Shown here one piece after another: positions 17,470 through 26,795 of a stretch of 64,000 nt of DNA. Source of the DNA: Deltaproteobacteria bacterium (lineage in GTDB: Bacteria > Desulfobacterota > Syntrophorhabdia > Syntrophorhabdales > Syntrophorhabdaceae). The translations under genes were made by a program, and so were the position numbers. The stretch covers positions 4,738-68,737 of the forward strand of contig JAKPCK010000051.1 in NCBI GenBank assembly GCA_029553295.1. Direction: 5' to 3'. Each line of letters opens with the position of its first letter. The stretch's first letter is position 1. Below the pieces are notes generated by a model. It did not search any database. It was not told where the DNA came from and saw only the letters and a list, made by a program, of their open reading frames with translations.

Positions 17470-18999
17470 TTATTCAGTAATTATCTGCGCCTCAAAGGTA
17501 TAGATTTCGGTTTTTTTATCCTTCCATGCATTTCTGTACAGCCCTGCCTTTACGCATGTCTGCCTCAGGAACTCCTCTCTGTCCCACCCCAGCTCTTTTG
17601 CCACCTGGGGCAGAAGCAGGCCTGAATAATTACCCTTTTTTATGTAGAGACCGTGTCTGCCTGTCTCTATCTCCTGGATATCATGGATGGGTTTTAACGG
17701 CGAAAGAACTGAAATCTCTATCTTTATATCCTTTAATTCACCCTTATGCACAGGGATAAACCTCATATCCCTTGTAGAGGCCGCTACAGTCATATCAACA
17801 ACCGCCTTATGAAGGGGAAGGACAGGCTGGATATAACCTATGCACCCCCTGAGTTCACCTTTTTTCTTCAGGGTAACAAATACACCTCTTTTCTCAAGGA
17901 GCTGCCTGTCTTTTATATCAAATTCAGGGATCCTCTCCTTGATAACATACTCTTCCAGGGTCTTGCGGGCTATATCTATGAGCATCTTCTGTCCTTTTTT
18001 ATCTATAGACCCTGCCTCATCCCGATAAAAAAATGCAAAGGAGCTATACCCGACCACCCTTCTTCTGTCGCCTGCAACATCACCGGAGTTCATATAGTTT
18101 AATTTTTTTACCTCGCCGTTTATACGCCTTGCAATCATAATGAGCATTACAACCCCATGGCCACCGCAGAGCTCACACCTGCCACTGTCCATATCCTCTA
18201 TAAGCCCCTCTGCATCCATCTCATCTATGTGCCTCATTGTAATAGCGTCTATAGACCTTGCAGTATTATAGTCATGAAAATGAGACATATCCGAAGATGC
18301 CACAATAAGGATATCTTTAGGTCTCTTCTTAATTAAATTGACAATCCCATCAACATATTGGCCATATTCGTTTTTATCCATACCACCTGTGATTAAAGGG
18401 ACAATCCTGAAGTCCTTCAATACGCTCTGGAGGAAAGGCAACTGGACCTCAAGGGAATGTTCATTGGCAAAGGGTGCAGGATATGTCTTAATCTGCCTAC
18501 ATTCTTTCATTAAAGCCTGGACAAAATCGCTATCCACAGAGACAACACCCAGAGGTGTCCTCCACTGCCCCCCTGGATATACCGAGACACCCCTGAAGGG
18601 CACCTGATGGCTTGAACCTATAATAATAACGGTCTTGTAAGATTTTCCCTTGAGCTGGCTGAATCCGTATGCAGCTACCTTGCCGGAATATTCATAGCCG
18701 GCATGGGGTGATATAATACCGAATATATGCTGTCTAATCCTGCTTTGGTTTTTTTCTGCCTCTTCCATATAACTGTTAATCTGTCTGGCCAAGGTATCCC
18801 TGTTGGAGGGGTAGAACATCCCTGCAAACACAGGCTCCCTTATTCTCTGGCCTGAATCCTGCGACATTGCCCATATAAATGGCAAAAATACAATCAAGGA
18901 AGTAAATAAAGGTATAGCTAATATGGGGAACAGATGTATTTTTTTCATTAAACTTATCAACTTTGATTTAAAAAAAGGCATTGACCTTATGTATCCCAT
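17470..18999 (-). CDS. AmmeMemoRadiSam system fusion protein: Memo-like (protein B) N-terminal domain plus AMMECR1 (protein A) C-terminal domain, with N-terminal signal/anchor
   Basis: ISPHAGYEYSG and SSDMSHFH (Memo-like). GELRGCIGY (AMMECR1). Hydrophobic N-terminus MKKIHLFPILAIPLFTSLIVFLPFIWA. Overlaps the radical SAM gene by 13 nt. Confidence 0.8.
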   Translation of the reverse strand: MGYIRSMPFFKSKLISLMKKIHLFPILAIPLFTSLIVFLPFIWAMSQDSGQRIREPVFAGMFYPSNRDTLARQINSYMEEAEKNQSRIRQHIFGIISPHAGYEYSGKVAAYGFSQLKGKSYKTVIIIGSSHQVPFRGVSVYPGGQWRTPLGVVSVDSDFVQALMKECRQIKTYPAPFANEHSLEVQLPFLQSVLKDFRIVPLITGGMDKNEYGQYVDGIVNLIKKRPKDILIVASSDMSHFHDYNTARSIDAITMRHIDEMDAEGLIEDMDSGRCELCGGHGVVMLIMIARRINGEVKKLNYMNSGDVAGDRRRVVGYSSFAFFYRDEAGSIDKKGQKMLIDIARKTLEEYVIKERIPEFDIKDRQLLEKRGVFVTLKKKGELRGCIGYIQPVLPLHKAVVDMTVAASTRDMRFIPVHKGELKDIKIEISVLSPLKPIHDIQEIETGRHGLYIKKGNYSGLLLPQVAKELGWDREEFLRQTCVKAGLYRNAWKDKKTEIYTFEAQIITE

Positions 19000-20114
19000 A
19001 TCCCCCCTATCTTCTCACCGCAGTAGCTGCATTTTCCGTTTTTTATATGCACGTCCATGATGCTGTATCCCACCCTCTTTATAACAGCCTTTTTACAATG
19101 AGGGCAGTATGTGTTTTCCCCGGGGTTACCGGGGACATTGCCTATATAGACATACTGAATGCCAGCCTTTATTGCCGTATCCCTTGCCTTCTCCAGGGTG
19201 CCCACAGGTGTAGGGGCTATATTCCTCATCCTATACATGGGAAAAAAACGGGAAAAATGGATAGGGACATCCGGGCCCACCTCTTTTTTTATCCATTCAC
19301 ACATGGTGCCTATCATGGATGGGTCGTCATTATGACCGCCTATTACAAGATTTGTTATCTCCACCCACACCCCAGATTTTTTCAATGCCTTGATGGTTTC
19401 AAGGACAGGTTTTAAATCTGCCTCGCAGTATCTGTTATAAAATGCATTGTTAAACCCCTTTAAATCAATATTAGCTGCGTCAAGATACCTGCATAACTCC
19501 CTTAAAGGCTCTTGGTTGATATAACCGTTGGAGTGCTGGATATTTAATATCCCTCTCTTTTTGGCAATCCTTGCCACATCTATCATATATTCAAAAAAGT
19601 TTGTAGGCTCTGTATAGGTATAGGCAATGCTTCTGCATCTGTTCTTTTCTGCCATCTCAACTACCTTTTCCGGCGGCATATACTCATTAACAGTATCTTC
19701 CGGAGAGGCCTGGGATATCTGCCAGTTTTGACAGAATCGGCAACGGAGATTGCATCCTGCACTGGCTATGGAGAAACTTAATGTCCTGGGCAGGACATTA
19801 AAAAAGGGTTTTTTCTCTATAGGGTCAATATGGACAGCGCATGGCCTGGAATAACCAAGGGAGTAGAGCCTGCCTTTTATGTTTCTTCTTGCCCGACAGA
19901 AACCCAATTCACCCTCTCCAATAATGCACCCCCTGGGGCAGAGTTGACACGAGACTGTCTTTGCTCTTTCGTCATAGGTCTTGTAATATAGGGCCTCTTT
20001 TAATGAAATGTCCTTTTTAGGTATATGCTCTTTTGCCTCGAGTTGCCACGCAAAAGGGGCAAGGAGGGCTATCTTTACAAACTTTCTTCTGCTTATACCA
20101 TTAAAACCCATCAC
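18987..20114 (-). CDS. AmmeMemoRadiSam system radical SAM enzyme with twin-arginine-type N-terminus
   Basis: CNLRCRFCQNW radical SAM cluster motif. N-terminus MMGFNGISRRKFVKIALLAPFAWQLEA fits S-R-R-x-F-x-K. Confidence 0.85.
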   Translation of the reverse strand: MMGFNGISRRKFVKIALLAPFAWQLEAKEHIPKKDISLKEALYYKTYDERAKTVSCQLCPRGCIIGEGELGFCRARRNIKGRLYSLGYSRPCAVHIDPIEKKPFFNVLPRTLSFSIASAGCNLRCRFCQNWQISQASPEDTVNEYMPPEKVVEMAEKNRCRSIAYTYTEPTNFFEYMIDVARIAKKRGILNIQHSNGYINQEPLRELCRYLDAANIDLKGFNNAFYNRYCEADLKPVLETIKALKKSGVWVEITNLVIGGHNDDPSMIGTMCEWIKKEVGPDVPIHFSRFFPMYRMRNIAPTPVGTLEKARDTAIKAGIQYVYIGNVPGNPGENTYCPHCKKAVIKRVGYSIMDVHIKNGKCSYCGEKIGGIWDT

Positions 20115-20115
20115 C

Positions 20116-22410
20116 TTAAGATAATAGCACTTTATTTTTATAAGTCAACAAAAGCGCAAGACTCAAGGTCTTTATGGATGCAAGGATAATACACCCCTCC
20201 AGTATACCTGTAACAGAAAGGAGTATCCCACCTAAAAGCCCGCCTATAAACCCGCCTAAGAGGTCAACACTGTATAAGAGCCCAACTGTCCTGCCTATAT
20301 TGCCCTCTGTCCTCACACCCCCATCGTATATCCTGCTACTCAAAGGAAATTCAGCGCCTGTAAAAAGACCGGAGATAAACAGAAGAAGAAAAAATATGGC
20401 CTTGATTAAAAAGGTATTAGACTGGATATAAGGACACCAGTATCTCAATATAAAAAATACAGCACATATGAGGGTTATTATGCCAAACTCAATACACTGC
20501 AGCATCTTTAGCTCCCTGAATCTCCTCACATATCCTGTAGACACACCCATACCCCCCAAGGCAATGCCGGATAAAAAAATCATAACAAGTATACCTACCT
20601 CAAAGAACACATAACCGTAATATATCTGAAAACTCAGAATAAGGATAAGCTCAAGGACCATAGATGCCAGACCTGTTGTCCCAATTACATAGACAATGGG
20701 TAGGTTTTTTTGTCTGAGGCTCAAGACAAAAAAGAAAAGATAGGTCAGAACAGAAAAGAGCATTACCTTAAAAAGATTCATCCCCTTCAGCGTATCAAAG
20801 AAACCTTTCAGATACGGCGAATACATAAGATTATTAAAGGCAATGGTATAAAAAAAGGCATAGGGCGAAAAGTCCCTGTTCATCTCGGCATGGCTGTCTT
20901 TGAGGCTGGATAGATACCAGTCTGTTTTCCTCTCGTCGAGACGTTCCTCTAAATAAAAAGGGGTTATGAGATTTGTTGCTACTTTTGATCTTCTAAACCT
21001 CTCTGATATAATGGAGGCGCTATTTTTTTTTAAGTCATCACTGTTGGAAGATATAAATATATTAAAATCACCGGGTATGATGTATCGATAGTTAAATACC
21101 TGGGCAAGGGTCTTTAGTATGCACAGATGGATGTCCTTCAGTTCATCGGTATAGTATGTCATTGTGGCAGGCATGGTCAGGGAGATAAGACCATCAGGTT
21201 CTAATGCCCTCCTCACGATTTGAAAAAATTCTATAGTAAAAAAGCGGTTTGTCTGTAATGTATACGGAGGGGGGACCCCAAGAAAGATTACATCGTATCT
21301 TACAGGTGGATTTTTAACAAACATCCTGCCATCAAGAAAATGGAGATTGACAAAAGGGCTTGTTAGTTCGCCCTGTGTTATTTCTGTGGGAAACATCTGG
21401 ATTGTCTTCAAAAAAAGAGGGTCTAATTCTATATAATCTATCCTCTTTACTGATTTATACTTGAGGATTTCATGGATTACACCTCCTGCACCACCGCTTA
21501 ATACAAGGATTTTTTCCGGATTAGGATGAGAAAGCATGGTAAAATGGACAAAATCCTCTGTATAACCAGTGTCCGGGTTTGGCGTTGTTATCACAGGGAT
21601 ACCGTCTGTAAAGAAAGTATACTGCCCGTTGTCTCCGGTTACCACGATATTCTGGTATGGTGAGTTTTTATAATATACGATGTTTCTCCCTGCCCACTGC
21701 TTAGATATGGATATATTATGCATATAACCTGCCAGACCACCTGCTACCATTACCAAAGATAATAAAAGGAATACGATGCTCAATGCAGCAATACCAGTCT
21801 TCTTAACACCTGAGACAGAAAAGATAAGTATTATACATGTCAGGGCATTTATAAGACCAAGGCCTACTGCTATGGAAAAGGAATTAAAAAACTGTATAAA
21901 AATATAGTTGAGCAGTATGCCCCCTATTATTGTCCCCAGCATCTCATAGAAATATACCCTCCCTATGGATGACCTGTGATTAGCTGTTATCTCACTATAA
22001 AAGGAGCATAAAAAGGTAAACAGCATGCCGTGGATAAAGCCTACAGGGAATATGATGAAAAAGGATGCATAAAATATGGGCAGGATACCTGTCCCTGTCT
22101 CAGGGGGTATACCCGCTATAACCTTGAAGACCCTAACTGCATATATGGATATGGGAAATAGAAAGGAAAATAAAAGGGTTGAGAAAACCAGGGTCTTGGC
22201 TAAAGTCTTGCCTGTCAATCGCCATCTCCCTGCAATATATGCACCTCCTGCCTCCCATAGAACCCATGAACCTATTATAACACCTATGGAGAGCTCATTG
22301 CCGGAGAAAAGGATGAGCATCTCTCTTAGGAGGACTATCTGGGCAAAAATACCCCCTATGCCTGTAATTATGATGAAGAAAATAAGACAGAAGAGATTCT
22401 TTATTCTCAA
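20116..22410 (-). CDS. Polytopic membrane protein with central spermidine-synthase-like (SAM-fold) domain
   Basis: Multiple TM segments at both ends. Central LVLSGGAGGVIHEILKY...RIDYIELDP...YDVIFLG resembles the PABS fold. 764 aa. Confidence 0.75.
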   Translation of the reverse strand: MRIKNLFCLIFFIIITGIGGIFAQIVLLREMLILFSGNELSIGVIIGSWVLWEAGGAYIAGRWRLTGKTLAKTLVFSTLLFSFLFPISIYAVRVFKVIAGIPPETGTGILPIFYASFFIIFPVGFIHGMLFTFLCSFYSEITANHRSSIGRVYFYEMLGTIIGGILLNYIFIQFFNSFSIAVGLGLINALTCIILIFSVSGVKKTGIAALSIVFLLLSLVMVAGGLAGYMHNISISKQWAGRNIVYYKNSPYQNIVVTGDNGQYTFFTDGIPVITTPNPDTGYTEDFVHFTMLSHPNPEKILVLSGGAGGVIHEILKYKSVKRIDYIELDPLFLKTIQMFPTEITQGELTSPFVNLHFLDGRMFVKNPPVRYDVIFLGVPPPYTLQTNRFFTIEFFQIVRRALEPDGLISLTMPATMTYYTDELKDIHLCILKTLAQVFNYRYIIPGDFNIFISSNSDDLKKNSASIISERFRRSKVATNLITPFYLEERLDERKTDWYLSSLKDSHAEMNRDFSPYAFFYTIAFNNLMYSPYLKGFFDTLKGMNLFKVMLFSVLTYLFFFVLSLRQKNLPIVYVIGTTGLASMVLELILILSFQIYYGYVFFEVGILVMIFLSGIALGGMGVSTGYVRRFRELKMLQCIEFGIITLICAVFFILRYWCPYIQSNTFLIKAIFFLLLFISGLFTGAEFPLSSRIYDGGVRTEGNIGRTVGLLYSVDLLGGFIGGLLGGILLSVTGILEGCIILASIKTLSLALLLTYKNKVLLS

Positions 22411-22413
22411 TGG

Positions 22414-24291
22414 CTAAAATTCTTCTTTTTCTGGCTGCACAAAGTCTTCATTGGGATATAAAGGCAGGGCCTTGGACATAAAATCTATCCATATGGGTAA
22501 TGCAGCGGTAGAGCCTGATTCCCTGCCACCAAGGTTTTCAGCCTTATCATACCCCACCCATACAAGGCACAGAAGGTTCGGGGAAAATCCAACAAACCAT
22601 GCATCCTTAAAATCATTGGTCGTCCCTGTCTTGCCGGCGAGATAAAAAGGCAACTTTGATGCTGCCCTTGCAGTCCCGTTCTTTATGACCCCCTTCATAA
22701 TATCAATGAGCATCTGCGCATTCTCTTCAGATACCACCCTCTTCTCCTCCCTCTCATGCTCATAGATAAGTTCACCCTCTGTTGTAGACAACCTCTTTAT
22801 TGCCACCGGCTCTATATACAACCCCCCTCTTGCAAAGGTAGCATAGGCTGCTGCAAGCTCCAGAGGGATGACCTCTGTAGAGCCAAGGGCTAAGGAGAGA
22901 TTGGGCTCAAACTTACTCTTTATGTTCAAGCGCTGTGCAAGGTCAATGACATTGTCAAGACCTATCTTTTCCAGGAGTCTTACCGTGGCAGTATTGAGAG
23001 AGAGCTCCAGCGCCTTTCTCATGGTGACGCTCCCATGATATTCGTTTTTATAGTTCCTGGGATTCCACACAGTCTTTGTGTATGGATTTGTAAATGATAT
23101 GGGTGCATCGAGGAGCATATAATCAGGGGTGTATCCCTGTTCTATGGCAGCGAGATATATAATGGGCTTGAATGCTGAACCGGGTTGTCTTTTTGCCTGG
23201 GTAGCCCTGTTATAGGGGGATGAAGCAAAGTCCTTGCCACCGATGAGCACCTTTATATCACCTGTCTTTACCTCTATGGCAATCAAGGCAACCTCGGGCA
23301 GGACTGTCTTTTTTGGGTTTCTTGCCTTGAATCCCTCTATACCCTTTTCAATGGCCTCATAGGCGAATTCAGTCATCTTCATGTTGAGGGTCGTATTGAT
23401 ATTAAAACCCTTTGTATATATATCCTGGGGTTCTTCTACATATTCTTCCAGCATCTGTTTTATATACTCTATAAAATACCCTGTCTTCTTTTCGTATGCC
23501 TTATACGGGGCAAGGACTATAGGGGTCTTCAATGCCTTGAGGTATGCATTCTTGTCTATAAAACCGGCTTCATACATCTTCTGGAGGACAATATCCCTCC
23601 TCTCCTTTGCCTTTGTTATGTTTTTAAAAGGTGAAAGACGGGACGGGGATTTGGTCATTGCCGCAAGGGTTGCAGACTCCTCAAGGGTCAGCTCAGATGC
23701 CTTTTTGTGGAAATATGTATAGCTTGCTGCCTCTACACCATATGCACCTTCGCCAAGATATATGAGGTTGAGATACATGTTGAGTATCTCATCCTTAGAG
23801 TATGTCCTCTCTATCTGTACAGCAAGGATAGCCTCCTCTATCTTCCTTTTAAAGCTCTTCTGTCGGGTAAGATAGAGGTTTCTTGCAAGCTGCTGGGTTA
23901 TAGTAGATGCACCCTCTGTTATATGACCCTTGAATATATTTCTGAACATTGCCCTGCCAATGCCTCTTAAATCTATGCCAAAATGCTTGTAAAACCTCAC
24001 ATCCTCTATGGCGATAAAGGCATTCTTGAGGTGTTCAGGCATCTGTGTTATGGGTATGGGTATACGTTTTTCTACAAATATCTCGGCAAATAAAGACCCA
24101 TCATCTGCATAGAGCCTTGTTGCAGATTTGGGTTTATAGGTCTCCAGGATTTTTACATCGGGGATCTCAAGATAATTTACGAGGGCGTAGCCAAAACCAG
24201 CACCAAAGATAATAGGTATCAGAAATATAAATATGGCTATTTTTATAACCCTTGAATACACGACAAATATATTATACTTTATAAAACCCAT
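22414..24291 (-). CDS. mrcA: Penicillin-binding protein 1A (bifunctional glycosyltransferase/transpeptidase)
   Basis: GT51 motifs AFIAIEDVRFYKHFGID and GASTITQQLARN. Transpeptidase motifs SAFKP and KTGTT. Start set at MGFIKYN. The longer ORF to 24417 would overlap miaA; a GTG at 24261 is another option. Confidence 0.9.
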   Translation of the reverse strand: MGFIKYNIFVVYSRVIKIAIFIFLIPIIFGAGFGYALVNYLEIPDVKILETYKPKSATRLYADDGSLFAEIFVEKRIPIPITQMPEHLKNAFIAIEDVRFYKHFGIDLRGIGRAMFRNIFKGHITEGASTITQQLARNLYLTRQKSFKRKIEEAILAVQIERTYSKDEILNMYLNLIYLGEGAYGVEAASYTYFHKKASELTLEESATLAAMTKSPSRLSPFKNITKAKERRDIVLQKMYEAGFIDKNAYLKALKTPIVLAPYKAYEKKTGYFIEYIKQMLEEYVEEPQDIYTKGFNINTTLNMKMTEFAYEAIEKGIEGFKARNPKKTVLPEVALIAIEVKTGDIKVLIGGKDFASSPYNRATQAKRQPGSAFKPIIYLAAIEQGYTPDYMLLDAPISFTNPYTKTVWNPRNYKNEYHGSVTMRKALELSLNTATVRLLEKIGLDNVIDLAQRLNIKSKFEPNLSLALGSTEVIPLELAAAYATFARGGLYIEPVAIKRLSTTEGELIYEHEREEKRVVSEENAQMLIDIMKGVIKNGTARAASKLPFYLAGKTGTTNDFKDAWFVGFSPNLLCLVWVGYDKAENLGGRESGSTAALPIWIDFMSKALPLYPNEDFVQPEKEEF

Positions 24292-25228
24292 GTTTTCAAA
24301 AGATAATAAGAGATGGAAGATTATTTCCATTGCAGGGCCTACATGCACTGGTAAATCTGACCTCGCAGTACATCTTGCCCAAACTTTTGGCGGCGAGATT
24401 ATAAATGCCGATTCCATGCAGGTATACAGGTATTTTGATATAGGGACGGCAAAGCCTGATATGACAACAAGAAAAAAAATCCCCCATTACCTGATAGATA
24501 TTGTAGAGCCATCAGGACATTTCAATGCAGCTATATTTAAGACAATGGCAGACAGTGCTATAAAGGATATACATTCAAGGGGGAAGATACCCATAGTTGT
24601 AGGTGGGACAGGGCTCTATATCCGCATCCTCCTATACGGGATATTCCATGCCCCCCAGGACCCTGTTTTAAGGGAGTCCCTTCAGAGTCAATATCAGCTT
24701 GACCCGTTGGGCATGTATGAGGAGGTAAAAAAAATCGATTACAGCTATGCCATGAAGATAAGTCACAGGGATAGAATAAGGGTTGTAAGGGCAATGGAGG
24801 TTTACAGGCTCACAGGCGTATCTATGTCCGAGTGGGAAAAAAGACACGGGTTTAGGGATAGCCATTACAATATGATGAAGATAGGCCTGACAAGAGACAG
24901 GACAATTCTGTATGAAAGGATAGACAAAAGGGTTGACCACATGCTCGAATCAGGCTGGGTTGATGAGGTGCGAACAATACTCTCCATGGGCTACAGTGAA
25001 AAAAGTAAGCCATTTTCAGGGATTGGCTACAGAGAGATCCTCTCTTTATTAAAAGGTTTAATTAACTATGGAGATATGGTAAAAGATATAAAGAAGTTTA
25101 CAAGACACTATGCAAAGCGTCAGTTTACATGGTTTCTCAGGGAAAAGGATATGCACTGGTATCAATTCCCAGAGGATATTGAAAAAATAGAAAAAGATGT
25201 ATCCAATTTCTTGAAATATGGAACTTAA
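24290..25228 (+). CDS. miaA: tRNA dimethylallyltransferase
   Basis: P-loop IAGPTCTGKS, DSMQVYR and IPHYLID motifs. Start set at MFSKDNK. The ORF track starts at 24233. Confidence 0.9.
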   Translation: MFSKDNKRWKIISIAGPTCTGKSDLAVHLAQTFGGEIINADSMQVYRYFDIGTAKPDMTTRKKIPHYLIDIVEPSGHFNAAIFKTMADSAIKDIHSRGKIPIVVGGTGLYIRILLYGIFHAPQDPVLRESLQSQYQLDPLGMYEEVKKIDYSYAMKISHRDRIRVVRAMEVYRLTGVSMSEWEKRHGFRDSHYNMMKIGLTRDRTILYERIDKRVDHMLESGWVDEVRTILSMGYSEKSKPFSGIGYREILSLLKGLINYGDMVKDIKKFTRHYAKRQFTWFLREKDMHWYQFPEDIEKIEKDVSNFLKYGT

Positions 25229-25736
25229 GAGGATTATAGAGGCTATCCTATTCATATCTCCAAGACCTGTATCCACAAAAAGCCTTTTTAAGAAACTTGA
25301 GGGCTGCTCCTTATCTCATATTGAGGATGCCATAAAAGAGCTAATAAGAGAATACAGGGAATCAGACAGGGCAATGGAGATAGTGCCTGTCTCAGGGGGT
25401 TACCAGATGCGTACCAGGCCCGAGTTCAAGGATTGGATAAAGAGGTTTGTAAGGGAAAAGGATGTGGAGCTTACAAGGTCAGTCCTCGAGACCCTTGCCA
25501 TCATAGCCTATAAACAGCCTGTAAGCAAAAGGGATATAGATATGGTAAGGGGTGTTGATTCTTCAAGGGCGATCAGACAACTCCTTGATAGAAAACTGAT
25601 AGAGATAGCAGGGAGAAATGACGAGTTAGGCAGGCCTATGGTATTCAGGACAACAGACAGGTTTCTGGAGGTTTACGGGTTAAATACCCTTAAGGACCTG
25701 CCCACATTTAAAGAGATTGAGGCATTGGAAAAATAA
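25218..25736 (+). CDS. scpB: Segregation and condensation protein B
   Basis: IIEAILFISPRPVS start, and ETLAIIAYKQPVSKRDID...RGV winged-helix repeats. Confidence 0.9.
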   Translation: MELKRIIEAILFISPRPVSTKSLFKKLEGCSLSHIEDAIKELIREYRESDRAMEIVPVSGGYQMRTRPEFKDWIKRFVREKDVELTRSVLETLAIIAYKQPVSKRDIDMVRGVDSSRAIRQLLDRKLIEIAGRNDELGRPMVFRTTDRFLEVYGLNTLKDLPTFKEIEALEK

Positions 25737-25751
25737 AACAGGAGGGGGTAT

Positions 25752-26792
25752 ATGGATATTTCAGAATTACTTATTTTTATGGTTGAAAACAAGGGGTCAG
25801 ACCTTCATGTTAGTGCCGGAGAGCCACCAGTTGTGAGAATCCATGGTGATATGAGAAAGATAGAGGTGCCACCGCTGGATAAGGACGATGTCCACAATAT
25901 GATTTACGAGATATTAAACGACCAGCAGAGAAAGGTCTTTGAAGAGACCCTTGAGCTTGACTTCTCCTTTGCCTTAGGTGATATAGCACGTTTCAGGGTA
26001 AATGTCTTCAAGCAAAACAGGGGTGATGCTGCTGTGTTCAGGACAATCCCCACCAAGATACCCACCTTTGAGGAGCTTAACCTGCCCAAGGTCTTTATGG
26101 ACATAGCAAGGCTGGAAAAGGGGCTTGTCCTTGTTACAGGACCTACTGGAAGTGGTAAATCCACAACCCTCGCAGCAATAATAGATTTCATCAACAACGA
26201 GGAAAAGGGTCATATACTGACCATAGAGGACCCTATAGAATTCGTGCACCCTTCCAAGAATTGTCTGGTAAATCAAAGGGAATTGGGTCCCCATACCAAG
26301 AGCTTTGCCAATGCCTTAAGGAGCGCACTCCGTGAAGACCCGGATGTGATACTCGTAGGCGAGATGAGGGATTTAGAGACCATATCCCTGGCATTAACCG
26401 CTGCGGAAACAGGACATTTAGTATTCGGTACCCTCCATACAAGCGGTGCACCAAAGACCGTGGACAGGGTGATAGATGTATTCCCGGCAGCACAACAGGC
26501 ACAGGTAAGGGCCATGTTCTCCGAATCCATTCAGGCAGTTATAACCCAGGCCCTTTTCAGGAGAAAAGACGGAAAGGGCAGGATTGCAGGATTTGAGATA
26601 ATGATAGGGACCCCTGCAGTCCGTAACCTCATAAGAGAGGGGAAGATAGCCCAGATACCATCTATAATGCAGACAAGTAAAGGTATTGGCATGCAGACTA
26701 TGGAGTCATCTGTCACAGAGCTACTCCAGAAAAACCTCGTAACAAGAGACGAGGTAGCTTTCTGGCTTCCACAATCAAATCAACCGAGGTGA
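25752..26792 (+). CDS. pilT: Type IV pilus retraction ATPase PilT
   Basis: GPTGSGKSTT, ILTIEDPIEF, HLVFGTLHT and AVRNLIREGK motifs. Confidence 0.9.
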   Translation: MDISELLIFMVENKGSDLHVSAGEPPVVRIHGDMRKIEVPPLDKDDVHNMIYEILNDQQRKVFEETLELDFSFALGDIARFRVNVFKQNRGDAAVFRTIPTKIPTFEELNLPKVFMDIARLEKGLVLVTGPTGSGKSTTLAAIIDFINNEEKGHILTIEDPIEFVHPSKNCLVNQRELGPHTKSFANALRSALREDPDVILVGEMRDLETISLALTAAETGHLVFGTLHTSGAPKTVDRVIDVFPAAQQAQVRAMFSESIQAVITQALFRRKDGKGRIAGFEIMIGTPAVRNLIREGKIAQIPSIMQTSKGIGMQTMESSVTELLQKNLVTRDEVAFWLPQSNQPR

Positions 26793-26795
26793 CAT

